A DNA stretch of 64,000 nt from Eledone cirrhosa (taxonomy: Eukaryota). The DNA lies in contig OZ024747.1 of the NCBI GenBank assembly GCA_964016885.1, positions 42,346,001 through 42,410,000 on the forward strand, written 5' to 3'. Below the pieces are notes generated by a model. The model made no database searches. It was given only the letters and a program-made list of their open reading frames with translations, and had not been told where the DNA came from. The position numbers and the translations under genes are program-made. Below, in pieces: positions 1-13,985 of the stretch. Each line of letters begins with the position of its first letter. Positions within the stretch are counted from its first letter, which is position 1.

Positions 1-663
1 ATGTGTGTGTGAGCGTGTATATATAACTTCTCTATTAGAAATTGTCAGAGATTGCTGTGACGTATCAACATAGGAACTATTTATCCATTAAAACTCCGTA
101 TTGAAGTTTAATACTATTTTATAGAGGGCTTCTGTGGGTTGGTGTGCAGCAAACGGTAGGATTTCAAGCCACTGCTATCATCACTGAAATCATGTTTCAG
201 TTATTTGATAAAATTGACCTGCCATTTTAGGTAATGTAAATATTGACTTTTCTCAACTGAATGCCCCACCGTTGAGCTTAACTTCTCGGTGATTCGACGT
301 AGAAACTGTATCATTCCGCATAAACCAGTTAAGTCGTTGATGAAATTATGATGGCATTGACTTCCATCGGTTTCGACGACGAGCGTTCAAGTTGTTCAAA
401 CAGACTGCTCGTGAAATTAACGTGTATGTGGTTAAGCATTCCACGCGTAGTCTTCACGTAATTCTCGTTACAACATGAATTACAAGTACAGTTCATTCGA
501 TGGGTTTCCAAGCAATTTCCGTTTACCCAGTTTCACTCACGAGGCATCGGTCGACCCGAAGCCAAGATAGTGGAGTTTGGAGTGTGTTGAAATGCAGTAA
601 GATAGCTGTGAACACAGCTTAGAAAATTGGTTAAAATACCCTTACAGGCGGGAAAAGTAGTCA

Positions 664-740
664 GTAGCCGCTACGGAGAATCGAACTCTGTAACTCTGAA
701 ATCCCGGCTGAGCGCTCTGTACCATTGAGCTAACAGTTAC
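664..740 (-). mobile_element. tRNA-like sequence (SINE head or tRNA pseudogene)
   Basis: Minus strand has A-box TAGCTCAATGG and B-box GTTCGATTC. Acceptor stem GTAACTG/CGGCTAC is imperfect and the anticodon arm pairs poorly. Confidence 0.6.
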
Positions 741-1109
741 TTAAATAAAGCTAAATATCAGCTATATATATAAATATCAGCTATATAATAAACAAATTTT
801 GAATGTAATGAAGCTATAAATGGAGTTGTTTAGTGGATCAAGATATTATTTAAACATAGCCAGCTGGATGTTGTTATCTAAAGTTGATGTAATCGTGCTG
901 AAGGATCACAACTGCATCCCTTATCAGATAATCGGGAGAGGTTTCGGTGTGTTTATAAGCTCACTCTACGTACTTCCTATCTTTCAACATGCGTGACACA
1001 ACGCTGCTCTCTAAAGAACCTCGAACGCTTACCACCTTCTCACAGCGTTTGTGCTTGCCAAGTTTCTACATCCTTATTGCCTGCGTAACTTTCGTGTCAT
1101 AGCGTGTCC

Positions 1110-1450
1110 GTGTGTGTGTGTGTGTGTGAGTGGGCATATGTGTGCGTGTGTGTTTGTGTTCCTCTCTGTGCGTGTGTGTATGTGAGTGCGTGTGTGCTTG
1201 TGTGTGCGTGTGTGCTTGTGTTCCTCTGTGTGTGTGTGAGTGGGCATGTGTGTGCGTGTGTGCTTGTGTTCCTCTGTGTGTGTGTGAGTGGGCATGTGTG
1301 TGCGTGTGTGCTTGTGTTCCTCTCTGTGCGTGTGTGTGAGTGGGCATGTGTGTGCGTGTGTGCTTGTGTTCCTCTCTGTGCGTGCGTGTGTGTGTGTGGG
1401 CATGTGTGTGCGTGTGTGCTTGTGTTCCTCTCTGTATGTGTGTGTGTCTG
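1110..1450. repeat. TG-rich minisatellite, ~38-40 bp unit
   Basis: Repeated GAGTGGGCATGTGTGTGCGTGTGTGCTTGTGTTCCTCT; it explains the spurious Thr/His and Cys/Val ORFs. Confidence 0.9.
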
Positions 1451-1949
1451 TGTGTGTACGTCTTCATGCGTTTATGAGTAGATGTACGTTTGTGTACGTG
1501 CGTGTATATGTTTGTGCACGTGTGTGTATATGTTTGTGTGCGTGTGTGTATATATGTTTGTGTGCGTGTGTGGTCGTATGTGTCCGCATATTTTTATATA
1601 TGGGTTTTATTGTTTTTTAAACGTGCTTTCCTGCCCGCGTATGTTTCGTATCAGTGTGTGTGTGTGTGTGTGTGTGTGTCTTTGTTGCTGTGTATATGTT
1701 TTGGCGCGTGATCATTTGTACGTGCGTGTATTAATATGCATATGTATGTTTTGATGTGTATATTTCTTCATGAGTGTGTATGTGGGTGCGCATATATATG
1801 TATGTATGTATAATTTGGGTCTAAAAGAGAGGGTGGGGGGAGGAGAGAAATGGCGAGGGGGTGGAAATGAATAGACAATTATGTGTTCCTTCAAGTAAGT
1901 TTTCTTAACTATTCGGCTATACTGCGTACACGGTTAATAGAGACATTTC

Positions 1950-2310
1950 AAATGCGAGTACTGTCTCCCGTAATGCGAAGTAGAAGGAGATAGCTAAATA
2001 CTGGGGCTTGGTCGATCACTCCCTTTTCGTGCCAGTCGCCGTCGAGGCATCGGGTGTTCTCCTTGGTCCTCAAATTGCCATTTACCTTCGCAAAATTGGG
2101 AGGCGTGCATCTCAGCCGAGGAAGGTTCCCGTGGAATGGAGTGAAGTGTCTGATGCCTTCTCCAATTTGTCCGCGGAGTACAGCTACGATACACCGCCTA
2201 AACTAGGTGGTAAAGTCTGTCGCTACCTCCTCACTTTCTCGTACTTTCGCTATTCAATTTTTTCCCTTTCTTTTTCTTTGATTGCAAACATTATATAAGC
2301 CAATAAAAAT
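1950..2310 (+). mobile_element. 3' fragment of a CRE-like non-LTR retrotransposon
   Basis: Translates to ...LFVPVAVEASGVLLGP..., matching the C-terminal part of the fragment at 24900-25900. Followed by a pyrimidine tract and AATAAA. Confidence 0.55.
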
Positions 2311-2493
2311 TTATTGAATGAAGGTTTTTTTCCTCTAAATATTTTATACGTATCTACAAAGGTATGTCCATGCTGAGCATGGACATACGATAGAGATAAA
2401 TTTGTTAAAAACTTACATTTATTTTCAAGTGATAAACTAATTTACGAAGAAGACTTATGCTTAAGAAACACATAATTAAAAAGTACATTTATG

Positions 2494-2709
2494 GTTTCTA
2501 ATTTAGGCACAAGGCCAACAATTTGGGAGGGAGAGGAAAAGTCGTTCACATCGACCAGAATATTTGACCGGAATTTTATTTTATGGATTCCGGAAGGATG
2601 TAAAGTTAAGATAACTTCAGCAAGATTTGAACTCAGAACATAAAGAGCCATAACTGAATGGTGCAAAGCACTTTGTCCGATGCTCTGCTGATTCGGCCAA
2701 TCCACCGTC
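2494..2709 (-). mobile_element. tRNA-derived SINE, family A
   Basis: Reverse complement of the copy at 11431-11619, including the GTTCAAATC B-box and GGCCTTGTGCCTAAA tail. Confidence 0.8.
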
Positions 2710-3470
2710 CAAAGAAGTAGACATATGATTAAGAGGTAACGCATGGTCAATAGGTACATTAATAGGTAGGAGAGATATTTGTGGTTAAGAGATATATTTA
2801 TGTTCTTATTCATGGAAGAGTATGGGGGGGGGGGTCTTCAGAAACGGCTTCCAGGGGGTCCTATCAGAAACAGACGTCTGCTAATTATCCGATTGGATCC
2901 CCAAGCGAGACAAACCTAACTCATGGATGTTATCCAACCATTTTGCTCGTGGTCTACCTCTGATCTCCTCTATACTATTTATGTTTAAGCGGGATATTTA
3001 TGGTTAACCGGTACATTTTTGGCTGAGTTTAAGAAGTACATTTGTTTGGGCGGACTTAGATCAAAGTCGTTCAGCCGTGGAGTAGCCGCCATTTTGTATA
3101 TGTATCAAGTTATTATATTACTCGTTTCCCGTGGTTCTTCCATCCGAAAACTCCATAATTTCCGACTGTTTGTATGTTAGATTCGTACAAAACATCAAAA
3201 GCCATAGAAAAAACAAATTTCATCTGTAACGGGAGACAGGTGTAATAATAAGAAAATGTAAAAAATGTATTCATAAGGATTAAGTTTATCTGAAGTTAAG
3301 GAAAAAGACAGTTGCTTAATATATCATGAAGCCAGATAGAACTCACAACTACGTGATTGCAAAGCAAATATATCATATTTTAAATTGTAGAAGGATGGGG
3401 CGAGAACATAGATAAATAAGGAATACATTAGATACAGGTGGTACATGATCTTTTACAAATGGAAATGACT

Positions 3471-3565
3471 CATACAGGACTAGAACTGTTTCATTCGGTT
3501 GAAATCTTCAGGAAAGTTTTTCCTGGTGATTTCAACCGAATGAAACAGTTCTAGTACCGTATATG
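3471..3565. mobile_element. Fold-back element with a truncated hammerhead core (Penelope-like)
   Basis: Inverted repeat centred near 3518. Minus strand reads CTGAAGA-TTTCAACCGAAT-GAAA-CAGTTCTAG-TC. Confidence 0.55.
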
Positions 3566-3594
3566 CCATTACTATCTGAAATAAATTGAGTGTG

Positions 3595-3626
<32 letters not shown>

Positions 3627-3777
3627 AGTGAATGTATGTGTGTATACATACACATATATTTATGTATATGTATATATGTATGTGTTAGTATATGCGTATG
3701 TATGTGTGTGTGTGTGTATATATATGTGTGTGTGTGTATATATATATATGTGTATGTATGTATGTATGTATATATAT

Positions 3778-4202
3778 AGGGCAAAGGGAAAAGGAGCTGT
3801 TAAGAGTCAATAGCCATCCAAAATCACCGGGAGAGATGACCCCTTAGCCTTTGTCAAGGCAGAATTCTAGGAGAAGGAAAACTCTGATATAACACCTGCA
3901 ACTCTGATGGTATCCAATGATGTTGACTTATTCTTCTTTTTGGTAAATATCATCTTGGTTAAGAGAGTGGGACTGGTTTTGTGCAGTGCCTGTGCTCACT
4001 ATAAAAGCTTCACGGCACAGGCATTGCTGGTACCATGGGCCCAGCACTATGTGTCAATAATTGTCACAAGTGTAGTGTTTGTACCAGAGTTTTCAAGTCG
4101 CAGGCTGGACTAAAAAGTCACACTCGTTCAGCGCATCGGTTGGGGTTCTCCTACATAGATATAAAGTAGTGGCCGTACTCGAAAACGAGTTGGCAGCCAC
4201 CA

Positions 4203-4205
<3 letters not shown>
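3778..4205 (+). mobile_element. Non-coding retroposon family B (probably RTE-derived), 5'-truncated
   Basis: Near-identical to 48015-48475, 51858-52457 and the reverse complement of 53192-53800; flanked by (TA)n. Confidence 0.8.
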
Positions 4206-4276
<71 letters not shown>

Positions 4277-4283
4277 ATCTATG

Positions 4284-4315
<32 letters not shown>

Positions 4316-4428
4316 TGTATGTATGTATGTATGTATGTATGTATGTATGTATGTATATATGTATGTATGTATGTATGTATGCATGTATGCATGTATGTAT
4401 GTATATATATATGTATGTATATATATAT

Positions 4429-4459
<31 letters not shown>

Positions 4460-4496
4460 AATATAAGTAAATATAAATATATGTAAATATAAATAT

Positions 4497-4527
<31 letters not shown>

Positions 4528-4577
4528 AATACAAATATAAATTCAGCGAGAATCGTATTTCGGCGGGTAGAAATAAG

Positions 4578-4635
<58 letters not shown>

Positions 4636-4637
<2 letters not shown>

Positions 4638-6207
4638 TTGATAACTTTGATAGGTTTCGGCCAGTATTGTCCCAGGCCATGTCTAACTTAATAGCACCTC
4701 CTGGCTAAGACTTTCAAATCAAGATTTGGGCACCATCATGGCCCACTCAAGTAGAGAGTTATTGTTTACGGAGTGTAGGAGGTTTATCTGGGATTTCTTG
4801 AAGGAATTTGTCCAAAGACTTCTTGAACTTGATGGGGTCTGTTTCTGTTTTAATGTGTCTTGGTGTAATGTTAAAAAGAGCGGGGGCCAATTGAGGTGAA
4901 ATAATTGTGCCGTATTGTTGTTATGAGATGCGAGTGAGATTTTTGTCGCGGGCGGATAGCACGGGGCCCCAGCCTTGGGCGGACTTTAAGGTGATGCCAA
5001 CATCATTTGGGCAAAGCTAATGGAATATTTTCCACAATAGGCAGATAACGTAGCGCTCACAGCGACGTTAGAAAGAATAAAGGTTGAGTTTTTCTAATCG
5101 ACTCCAATAGTCAAGGCCTGTCATGCCATCTATCTTTTTTGTAATTGATCTTTGGGGTGCTTCAACTTTCATGATACTTTGTTTCGTGTGGGGAGACCAC
5201 AGTGGATAACAGTATTCAAGGTAGGGTCGGTCAAAAGTGGAGAAGAGAAGGATAACAGTGTGGATATCTCTCGACTGGAAGGTTCTGAGAATGCAGGAAC
5301 ACATTCTGCGGGCCATGTCAGCTTTGCTGTTTATATGAGTGGCCCAGCTTATGTTGTTGTCAACAATTACTCCCAGGTCTCTGATGTTGTTGGATGCCAC
5401 GAGAGTTTCACCTGAAGGAAGAGAATATGGGAGTTTCAGGGCATCCTTTTTTCCAAAGTGGTTTAACTCGAACTTATCCTCATTCAACAGCATATTATTC
5501 TTTTCTGCCCATTGGATGACAGCCAGTAGGTCTGACTGAAGGCAAGTTCGGTCACCCACCTCATAGATGACCCTTTGGAGCTTGAAGTCACCTGCGAAGA
5601 TTCTTATGTTGCTGTGCTTGATGATATCAGTAATGTCATTAATGTAGATAATGAAAAGAAGTGGGCCCACACACAGTGCCTTGTGGGACGCCACTGCTGA
5701 CTTTGGCTGGGCTTGATTTTACTCCTTCGACTACAACATATTGGGTTCTGTTTGTCAGGAAACATTTGATCTACTGTAGTAACTTTCCAGAGACACCAAT
5801 ATTGGATAGTTTTTTTCAACTCTGTCAAAGGCCTTGCTGAAATCAAGGTAGATGACATCAGTGTTGGAGCCCTCTCCCAAAGCTCTCAAACATCATCAAA
5901 GTGATGCAGGAGCTGCATTAGGCAGTCCCTTCCATTACGCAACCCATGTTGGCTGGAGTTCAGTAGGCCATTGCTGTCGAGAAAGTGGGTTATTCGTGAT
6001 ATCACCACCCTCTCAACTACATTGATGATATATGAGAGGTGAGTGAGATCGGACGACAATTCACTGCAAGGGACTTGTTTCCCTTTTTGAAAACTGGGAC
6101 AACGGACTGGGACAGAAAGCTTTCAGGAATATAGCCAGTATCCAGTGAGTTCCTCCACAGATTAGCAAGAGGAGATGCAAGTTGGTGTCGACACACCTTC
6201 AGGACAC
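4636..6207 (-). mobile_element. CR1/L2-type LINE, 5'-truncated, degenerate reverse transcriptase
   Basis: ORFs carry KKGNKSLAVNCRPISLTS, GPLLFIIYINDI, FAGD (degenerate YADD), IRDLGVIVD and LEYCYPLWSP, with frameshifts. Flanked by (TA)n. Confidence 0.85.
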
Positions 6208-6227
6208 ATTTATATATATTTATATAC

Positions 6228-6293
<66 letters not shown>

Positions 6294-6440
6294 TAATAAA
6301 AACGAAAAAGCAGTGATGCATCTGGACTCAGTTTATTGCGTGTTACAATTGTTGAAGTATTCCTTGACTATCCAAGGAATACTTCAACTGATAAGGTATG
6401 TTTCCTTGGCTATGTCAAAATTTATAAAACACACTTTCTA

Positions 6441-6500
6441 TTTTATCTGATGAAAGCGTACCAAAGTTTTTGGTACCCTTGAAATATATATATAGAATAA
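6441..6500 (+). ncRNA. Minimal type-I hammerhead ribozyme motif, slightly degenerate
   Basis: CTGATGA (6447), stem II AAGCGTACCAA/TTGGTACCCTT, GAAA (6481), palindromic TATATA, then TA. Stem I is one nucleotide out of register. Confidence 0.6.
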
Positions 6501-6633
6501 ATATGGTTTTATAAATATAGTTTCCATTTATTTAATATCATTGAATATTTACTACTGAAAAACTGCCGAGTAATAAACATTTATATTTGTTGAATTACCA
6601 ACAAATTGAATATCCCTTCTGATTATATATATG

Positions 6634-6689
<56 letters not shown>

Positions 6690-7025
6690 TATAAGCAGAA
6701 GGGATATATATACATATATATAAGCAGAAGGGATATATATATATATGTATATAGTAATAATAATAATTATAGTAATAATAATAAATTTGAAGACTAAAAT
6801 CCAAAAAGGGCTCGATAAGGATAAATATATATCAAATATATAAGAACGGTAGAGCAAATATTTATTAAAATAACAGATTAAAGTTTAAGCAAAGAATCGC
6901 TGCTTTCACCTTTAACGGGATCTTCTGAAACTTAAAAAAACCAATCTGTGAACGCAGAAGTAAATATTTCAAAAAACGTTGCAATCGAAGGAAGACAAGA
7001 AAACGATACTTTGGTTCGTGGAAAC

Positions 7026-7283
7026 GTTCCCTGGCAAAGAACGGAAAAAAACGAAGATAATACGTCATTATTTGGAGCGGTGAAAAACAATTACACGCAA
7101 AGACAAAACCACGTTTATGGTATGAAAGAGGTCGTAGACTAATGTTCTCTTAGGTGGTGCATAGTGACGTTCTCTGGCAATGAACGAAAAAAACGAAGAT
7201 AATACGTCAATATGTGGAGCGGTGAGAACAATTACACGCAAAGACAAAACCACGTACATGGTATAACTGAAGTCGTAGACTAA
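7026..7283. repeat. Direct tandem duplication, ~143 bp period
   Basis: Two copies of ...AACGAAGATAATACGTCA...CAATTACACGCAAAGACAAAACCACGT...GTCGTAGACTAA. Confidence 0.85.
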
Positions 7284-7359
7284 AATTCTATTTAGGAAAC
7301 CGAATGATTCTCGGCTTCAGAGTTAAATAAATTACAGAGGTAATAGAAATTAATATTAT

Positions 7360-7391
<32 letters not shown>

Positions 7392-7438
7392 TGAGTACCT
7401 TACTTACTGTGGTTACCTCCGATTCAACCCGGAATAAC

Positions 7439-7502
<64 letters not shown>

Positions 7503-7503
7503 G

Positions 7504-7568
<65 letters not shown>

Positions 7569-8201
7569 AATAAACGGGTTGTGTAGTGGCTGGATAAGGT
7601 GTACTTATAAAAAGAGGAAAGCAAGAGCGGGAGAACATTTTCTTTCTTAAATTTGTATCAAGTTTCGTTGTGACCCATCCTTTTTTTTCTCCCTATCTAT
7701 TTCGTTGCTATCAACCCCTCTTCCCCTTCTTTCTTCCTCTCCCTTTCTCCCTCTCACTTTCACTCTCCCTCTCTCTGCTAGCCACCTCACTGTTTCCCTC
7801 GCCTGCTCCTCCATCTGTCTCTTTCTCTCTTACCCTTGCGGAGGTGAGGCATGTTATTTTCTCGTCCACACCAATCTCCAACTTGTTTTCAGTAATTGAT
7901 GTTGACTTTAATTTTTCTCTCTCTCTCTCTTCCAGTTGCTCACACAGAAGTGCTTCGGGTTTCCCGCTTCGGTTTGTTGCTTCTCTTTTTCTTTCGCTGT
8001 TTTTTACTTTTTCTTCCCTCTTCCCTTCTGTTACTATTTTTTATCTCTCTCTTTCCCCCTTTTTTCCCCAATAACTTCCTTGAGTTATTGACGCCCTGGG
8101 GTGAGACATATTGTCTTTAATTTGTTGAAGTGTCCAAGACCCCCACCAGACAACCGATGAAGGAAAAGTTTCTCCCGTTCTTGCTTTCCTCTTTTTATAA
8201 G

Positions 8202-8247
<46 letters not shown>

Positions 8248-8462
8248 TATATAATAAAGAGTTAGGCCCCCGACGGCTGAGCTCTTGCTGTTTCAACAGC
8301 TATCAGCTATATGTATTTATACATATATATATGCTTGGTGGTCACCGACCTGTTTGGCTCGTTTGTCTACCAGCATATCATGAAAATATTATATATCTCC
8401 TACGTATTTTGTCTAAAGAGAATATTTTTTGCTTTATGTTATACATAAAACTTTACGAAATA

Positions 8463-8736
8463 TCTATATATATAAAATAGACCATGTGTGTATGTCTGTT
8501 TCTGTGTAACTTCTACAGCTTACAACCAATTCTCTTCAAATTTGGCACAAACATGCGTTATGCTCCTGACCTTCGTACGAACTCCTTACATTTTCAAATT
8601 TGTGTCTATTGCGCCCTCTATAAGAGAAAACCCGACTTTAAAAAATCATTTTTGAGACACAGAGCGAGAGCCAGAAAGAGAGAGATAGGCCGTTATACAG
8701 AGAGAGATACAATTAAAGTGTTAGATATTCAAAGAG

Positions 8737-8807
<71 letters not shown>

Positions 8808-8814
8808 AAGAGAA

Positions 8815-8901
<87 letters not shown>

Positions 8902-11363
8902 GTGAGAGTGACGTCCCACACCGGCTTAAACTATAGATCAAAGTATATCAGTTGAAGGTTTAACAATAAGTCGTTTTACAGTCTTTGATTTTAGAGAACA
9001 AAGAAAAATTGATACTATTTGAAATTATTGTTGCAAACATGTGAATTGTTAATCCTTCGTATTTGTGGTTCAAGTACAGAGATGATCTTTCTGAGAATTT
9101 TAAACGTCTGGCACAACTGCAGTACCCTGACATGGAAGGTACCAGCGATGAGGTCTACAACAGAGCACTGATTGACATTGAAGACAGGATGGTTTCACTT
9201 GGTGGAAATGATTTGCCCACATATGGCCTGCCCCAAACATTCCGAACAGGGTCAAATGTACTTCCCACAGCCATCCTACGACATTGATGCTCTTTCCCAA
9301 TATGTTATCGACACTGAACCACAACTGCTTCCAGACCAACAACCGACTTACAGCACTATTATCGACCATGTGCGCCACCAAAAAGGAGGTATCTTCTTTC
9401 TGGAGGGACAGGAAAACATTTGTAACGAAGCTCCTCCTTGCAAAAGTTAGGCAACATGGGGATATCGCGGTAGCTGTTGCCTCCTCTGGGGTTGTTGCTA
9501 CTTTGCTGCCCGGTGGCAGCACAGCGCACTCGACTTTTAAACTCCCCCTGAATTTAGCAACATCTGAAACGCCTACCCTGCAACATCAGTAAAAACTCAG
9601 ACCAGGGTCAGGTCCTCAAACAGTGTCATCTCATTGTGTGGGATGAGTGCACCATGGCCCACAAAGGAGCCCTGGAAGCAGTAGATAGAACCCTTAAAGA
9701 TATCAGAGATTGTCATGCTCCAATGGGAGGTGTAATACTTCTGTTGTCTGGTGATTTCAGACAGACTCTTCCTGTCATTCCCAAAGGTACCAGGGCAGAT
9801 GAAATCCAGATGTGCCTTAAATCCTCTCCATTGTGGCGACACGTTACGACCCTGACTCTTACCACTAACATGAGAGCTCAACTACACGGTGACCACATGT
9901 CCGCCAGGATTACACAGGACATTTTGACACTTGGCGATGGCAAGGTACCTCTCGACGCTGCCGGAGAAATGGACGTCTGGCCATTTTGTACCATTGTTAA
10001 TTCTGTGGAGGAGCTGAAAGAGCAAGTGTTGACAGAAAATTACCAAAATCACAATTGGCTGTGCGAAAGAGCAATAATGGCTTCAAAAGACATTGCTGTT
10101 AATAAACTCAACGAACAGTTAATGCTGTCTCTTCCAGGAAATCTTCACACTTACAAGTCTGTCGACACAATCCTGGATCACAATGAAGTGGTGAACTATC
10201 CTCTTGAATTTCTCAATTCATTGGAGCCCCCGGACTACCTCCCACATATTAGGACTTAAAGCTGGGACTCCTGTAATACTGCATAGGAATCTAGATCAGC
10301 CAAGGTTGTGCAATGGGACACGACTGGTGGTAAAGAAAATGATGTCACATGTTATCGAGGCAACACTTCTTTCTGGATGTGGAAAAGATGATGACGTCTT
10401 TATTCCAAGAATCCCTCTCATTCCATCTGGAGCAGAAATTCCCTTTTCATTCAGACGTCTGCAATTTCCAATTTGTGTCAACTTTGCAATGTTCATTAAC
10501 AAATCCCAAGGCCAGACCCTGTCTGTGACCGGACTTCTCTTGGAAGAGACATGTTTCTTACATGGACAATTGTACGTTGGGTGTTCCCGAGTGGGAAGCA
10601 GAGGAAACGTTTTCGCATTTGCACGACGCGGAAAAACAAAGAACATTGTTTACAACGAGGTGTTATAATAACAAATACGAGGAGGAACACACTCATACAT
10701 ATAGCGTTAGTAAGTTACACACTATCTTCACACACAGACAAACACACACATCTACACATACATATACATATGTGGTGACTGACAGGTAATAGGTTTGCGT
10801 GAATGTATGTATGTATGTGTGTGTCTGTCTTAGTATATGTATGTGAGAGTGTATGTGTGAGTGTATGTATGTCTCTGTGTGTCTCTCTTACTATATGTAT
10901 GTGAGTGTGTGTGAGTGTATGTGTGATAATTTTTATTTTCATTTGCATTAAAACGAATAGAAAACGACACACCTTGGGTTCGTGATTAAATACACTCACA
11001 CACCTACACATGTAGAAACTGACCAAAAATGAGGTGAAAAGTTATGTGTGTGTCTGCGTAAATGTATGTCTATGTGTCTGTCTCAGTATATGTATGTGAG
11101 AGTGTATGTGTGTGAGTGTGTAGCAACAATTTATTCATTTGGACACCAACAAAAAATTACACAATGAATATTGTTTACCCTAAGGTGCTTCAAAATTGAC
11201 AGATTTTCATTTCTAAATTCTATTATTATAATTTTGATATTTTTTGGATAATTATAAATATTTTGAAATAATTATGAGAAAAAAATCACATATCTTCATA
11301 TTATTGTTTACTAATCTGAATAAGAACAGAAGTAACCCGGGCAACACCGAGTAATTCAGCTAA
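8463..11363 (+). mobile_element. Helitron, internally deleted, carrying a helicase remnant
   Basis: 5' A|TCTATATATATAAAA; 3' hairpin ACCCGGGCAACACCGAGT followed by CTAA|T. The same terminal design appears at 26153-26743. Confidence 0.75.
9020..10668 (+). pseudogene. Helitron Pif1-family (SF1B) helicase pseudogene
   Basis: Motifs VASSGVVATLLPGGSTAHSTFKLP, WDECTM, LLSGDFRQTLPV, RNLDQPRLCNGTRL, QFPICVNFAMFINKSQGQTL and HGQLYVGCSRV, spread over several frames. Confidence 0.93.
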
Positions 11364-11430
11364 TATATAATAAAATAAATAGATATGATATAAAGAATAT
11401 AACTTCCGTTTATTACTATTATATATATAA

Positions 11431-11619
11431 AGGCGGTGGATTGGCAGTATCGGTAGAGGGTCGGACGCCATGCTTTCCAACATAGTTACGTCCCTTTACG
11501 ATCTGAGTTCAAATCCCGCCGAGGTTAACTTTGTCTTTCCTCCTTACGGGGTCGATAAAATAAAGTACCAGTAATGCACTGGGTAATTGCTGGCCTTGTG
11601 CCTAAAGTAGAAACAATTA
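11431..11619 (+). mobile_element. tRNA-derived SINE, family A (likely an octopus OK/OR-type SINE)
   Basis: A-box-like TGGCAGTATCGG and B-box GTTCAAATCCC; more than 12 copies in the window. Confidence 0.85.
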
Positions 11620-11635
11620 CTATTATATATATATG

Positions 11636-11675
<40 letters not shown>

Positions 11676-12518
11676 CGTGTGTGTGTGTGGAGAGAGAGAG
11701 AGAGAGGGGGGGACTTGAGAGTGGTGGCCATAAATGGACCCCGAAACCTATGCTCGCACATACATATTAAGGGTATAAAATATTAATTATACTAAACAAG
11801 CTCTCTTGCAATGCATACACATACATAGATGCCGGTTAAAGTCATTGATAAAATTTCATATGGTAGTCTGTGAAAAAAAAAAATAATAAAATGCTACTTC
11901 ATCGCCATTCATTGGACGATTGTGGCAGGAACTGTGTGTGGGGCGTGAAAATGAGGGTGGTAGGGACACACCATTCCTCCGAACTTCTTAGCAGTATTTT
12001 CTTGGGAACATCATTAGCGAGCCGCTCTCAGAAAGTTCTGGCTGCTGTTAAAAGCAGCAAATACATAAAATGTAAACAAAAACGGGGAGAGAGAAAATAA
12101 GAACAGGAAAAAAAGAAATGAATAGGCAGAGAATACGAAGCAATGTTTCGAAAATCTAACAATATTTATGAGTGCTATGGGGAAATGATTTCGAATACAA
12201 GTTCGCGTCACGGTTTCAATCTCCGGCGGAAATTTATATAGTTTCACTGTCCTCTATCAATACTAATGCGTAAGGAACGAATATCACAACAGAAGCCAAT
12301 TCTTTATCTACGTTCTTGTATCAGTATAGGAAATTAATACTTATAATTCTTCCTCTATTTCACATTTGACTAAACAATTCGATCTTTGGGATTGTTTTCT
12401 GAAACGTTTTGAACATTTTAAAACCTGTATTGACTTTCCATATTTAACAAAATGGACATGCATCACATTCTTGGGCAATGACACATTCTTGAGTATATGA
12501 TAAACTCTTGAAAATATA

Positions 12519-12705
12519 ACCAAATTCTTGGACATATTACCAATTTCTTGGACATATTACCAAATTCTTTAACATATTACCAATTTCTTGGACATTACCA
12601 AATTCTTGAACAAATTATCAAATTCTTGAAGATATAATCAAATTCTTGGCCATATTACCAAATTTTTGAATATATTACCAAATTCGTTGATATTTAACAA
12701 ATTTT
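12519..12705. repeat. ~20 bp minisatellite
   Basis: Repeated ACCAAATTCTTGGACATATT variants. Confidence 0.85.
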
Positions 12706-13747
12706 GATTTTACATATAGAAATTACAATACCAAATTTGGTATGTCAGTGTTGTTATTGAAATAAGAAGAATGCTGGTGATGGCAAAATATTAATCTAAC
12801 ACCTTGAAGGTAGTATGAGTGTTATAACTGGAAATTTACTTTTACGTTTTTTCTGTGTCAAGAGATACAGTTGAACAATATTTTGATCCACAGTTACTGT
12901 TTACTCAATACAATTTATGACTGGCTGTGAACAAATAAAGCTCTGAAGCATGTCCATATATAACAGAAGGAAGAAAGGAAGAAAAAGCACAAAGAATATA
13001 GCTAAAGAAAAAACAGTAGTGTGTTGCAAGCTATTAACAATGGTTTCGATTAAGGCTATGGGCAATGTTTCTGTTCGTTGACAGTAGATCTCACCAAGAT
13101 CTTTATTCAATAAGTCACTGCCCGATAGGAGTAGCCCAGCATATTTATTCAATAAGTTAAGTCACTGACCAATAGAAGTAATCGAAATAAAAATTACTGG
13201 CTGTCAGATTGACTTGTTTACATATTCCGTCATAACATCGATCTCTGTGTTCCGGGAGTTGTGAAGAAGATTGATTTAAAAAAAATAATCACTCAACCAA
13301 CCACTTACCCAATCAATCAATTAAGATCTCGACCAGCTCTCTTAAAACAAAAGTATCAGTTATCTTTTCGACTAGACGTCCAGTTCACAACAAATGTTCC
13401 CATTTAGACTTCCAGGTGTGTATTTTTTACCTTTGAAATCTCAAGTAACCATATTAATTCCATTATTGATTATCGATTTAAAAATTTAATTTGACGATTA
13501 ATTTGTTCGGAAAACCAATTTGTGACGTTTTCCAATTGTTCATGTTTTCTATTATCTTTGATATATTTATTACATTTCGAGTGGTTTTAAGCTCCAACCA
13601 TCTTCAAGTGACACTTCTTGATCTTGTTTCCTCTTTCTGACTCACGCATACATACAGAGGCACACACAGACACAGACACACACACGCCCCCCCCCCCCAA
13701 CACACACAGATATACTCATACAAACTATATTCAAGGAATTTAGACAC

Positions 13748-13795
<48 letters not shown>

Positions 13796-13985
13796 ACATA
13801 TAGTCTTTATAATATAGGCATACTCTACTACCCCAAGTATCGATTACTCTGTTGAGTAATGGTTTTACTAGTTTTAAACTCGTTGTATCCTGATTTACAT
13901 ATATACATATACATATACATACATACATACATACATACATACATACATACATACATACATACATACATACATACATACATACATA

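Noticed and set aside
664-740. Functional tRNA gene
   Set aside because: The anticodon arm does not pair properly and the acceptor stem has a mismatch.
12740-13152. Hydrophobic minus-strand ORF suggesting a membrane protein
   Set aside because: Short, with no recognisable motif or convincing splice sites.
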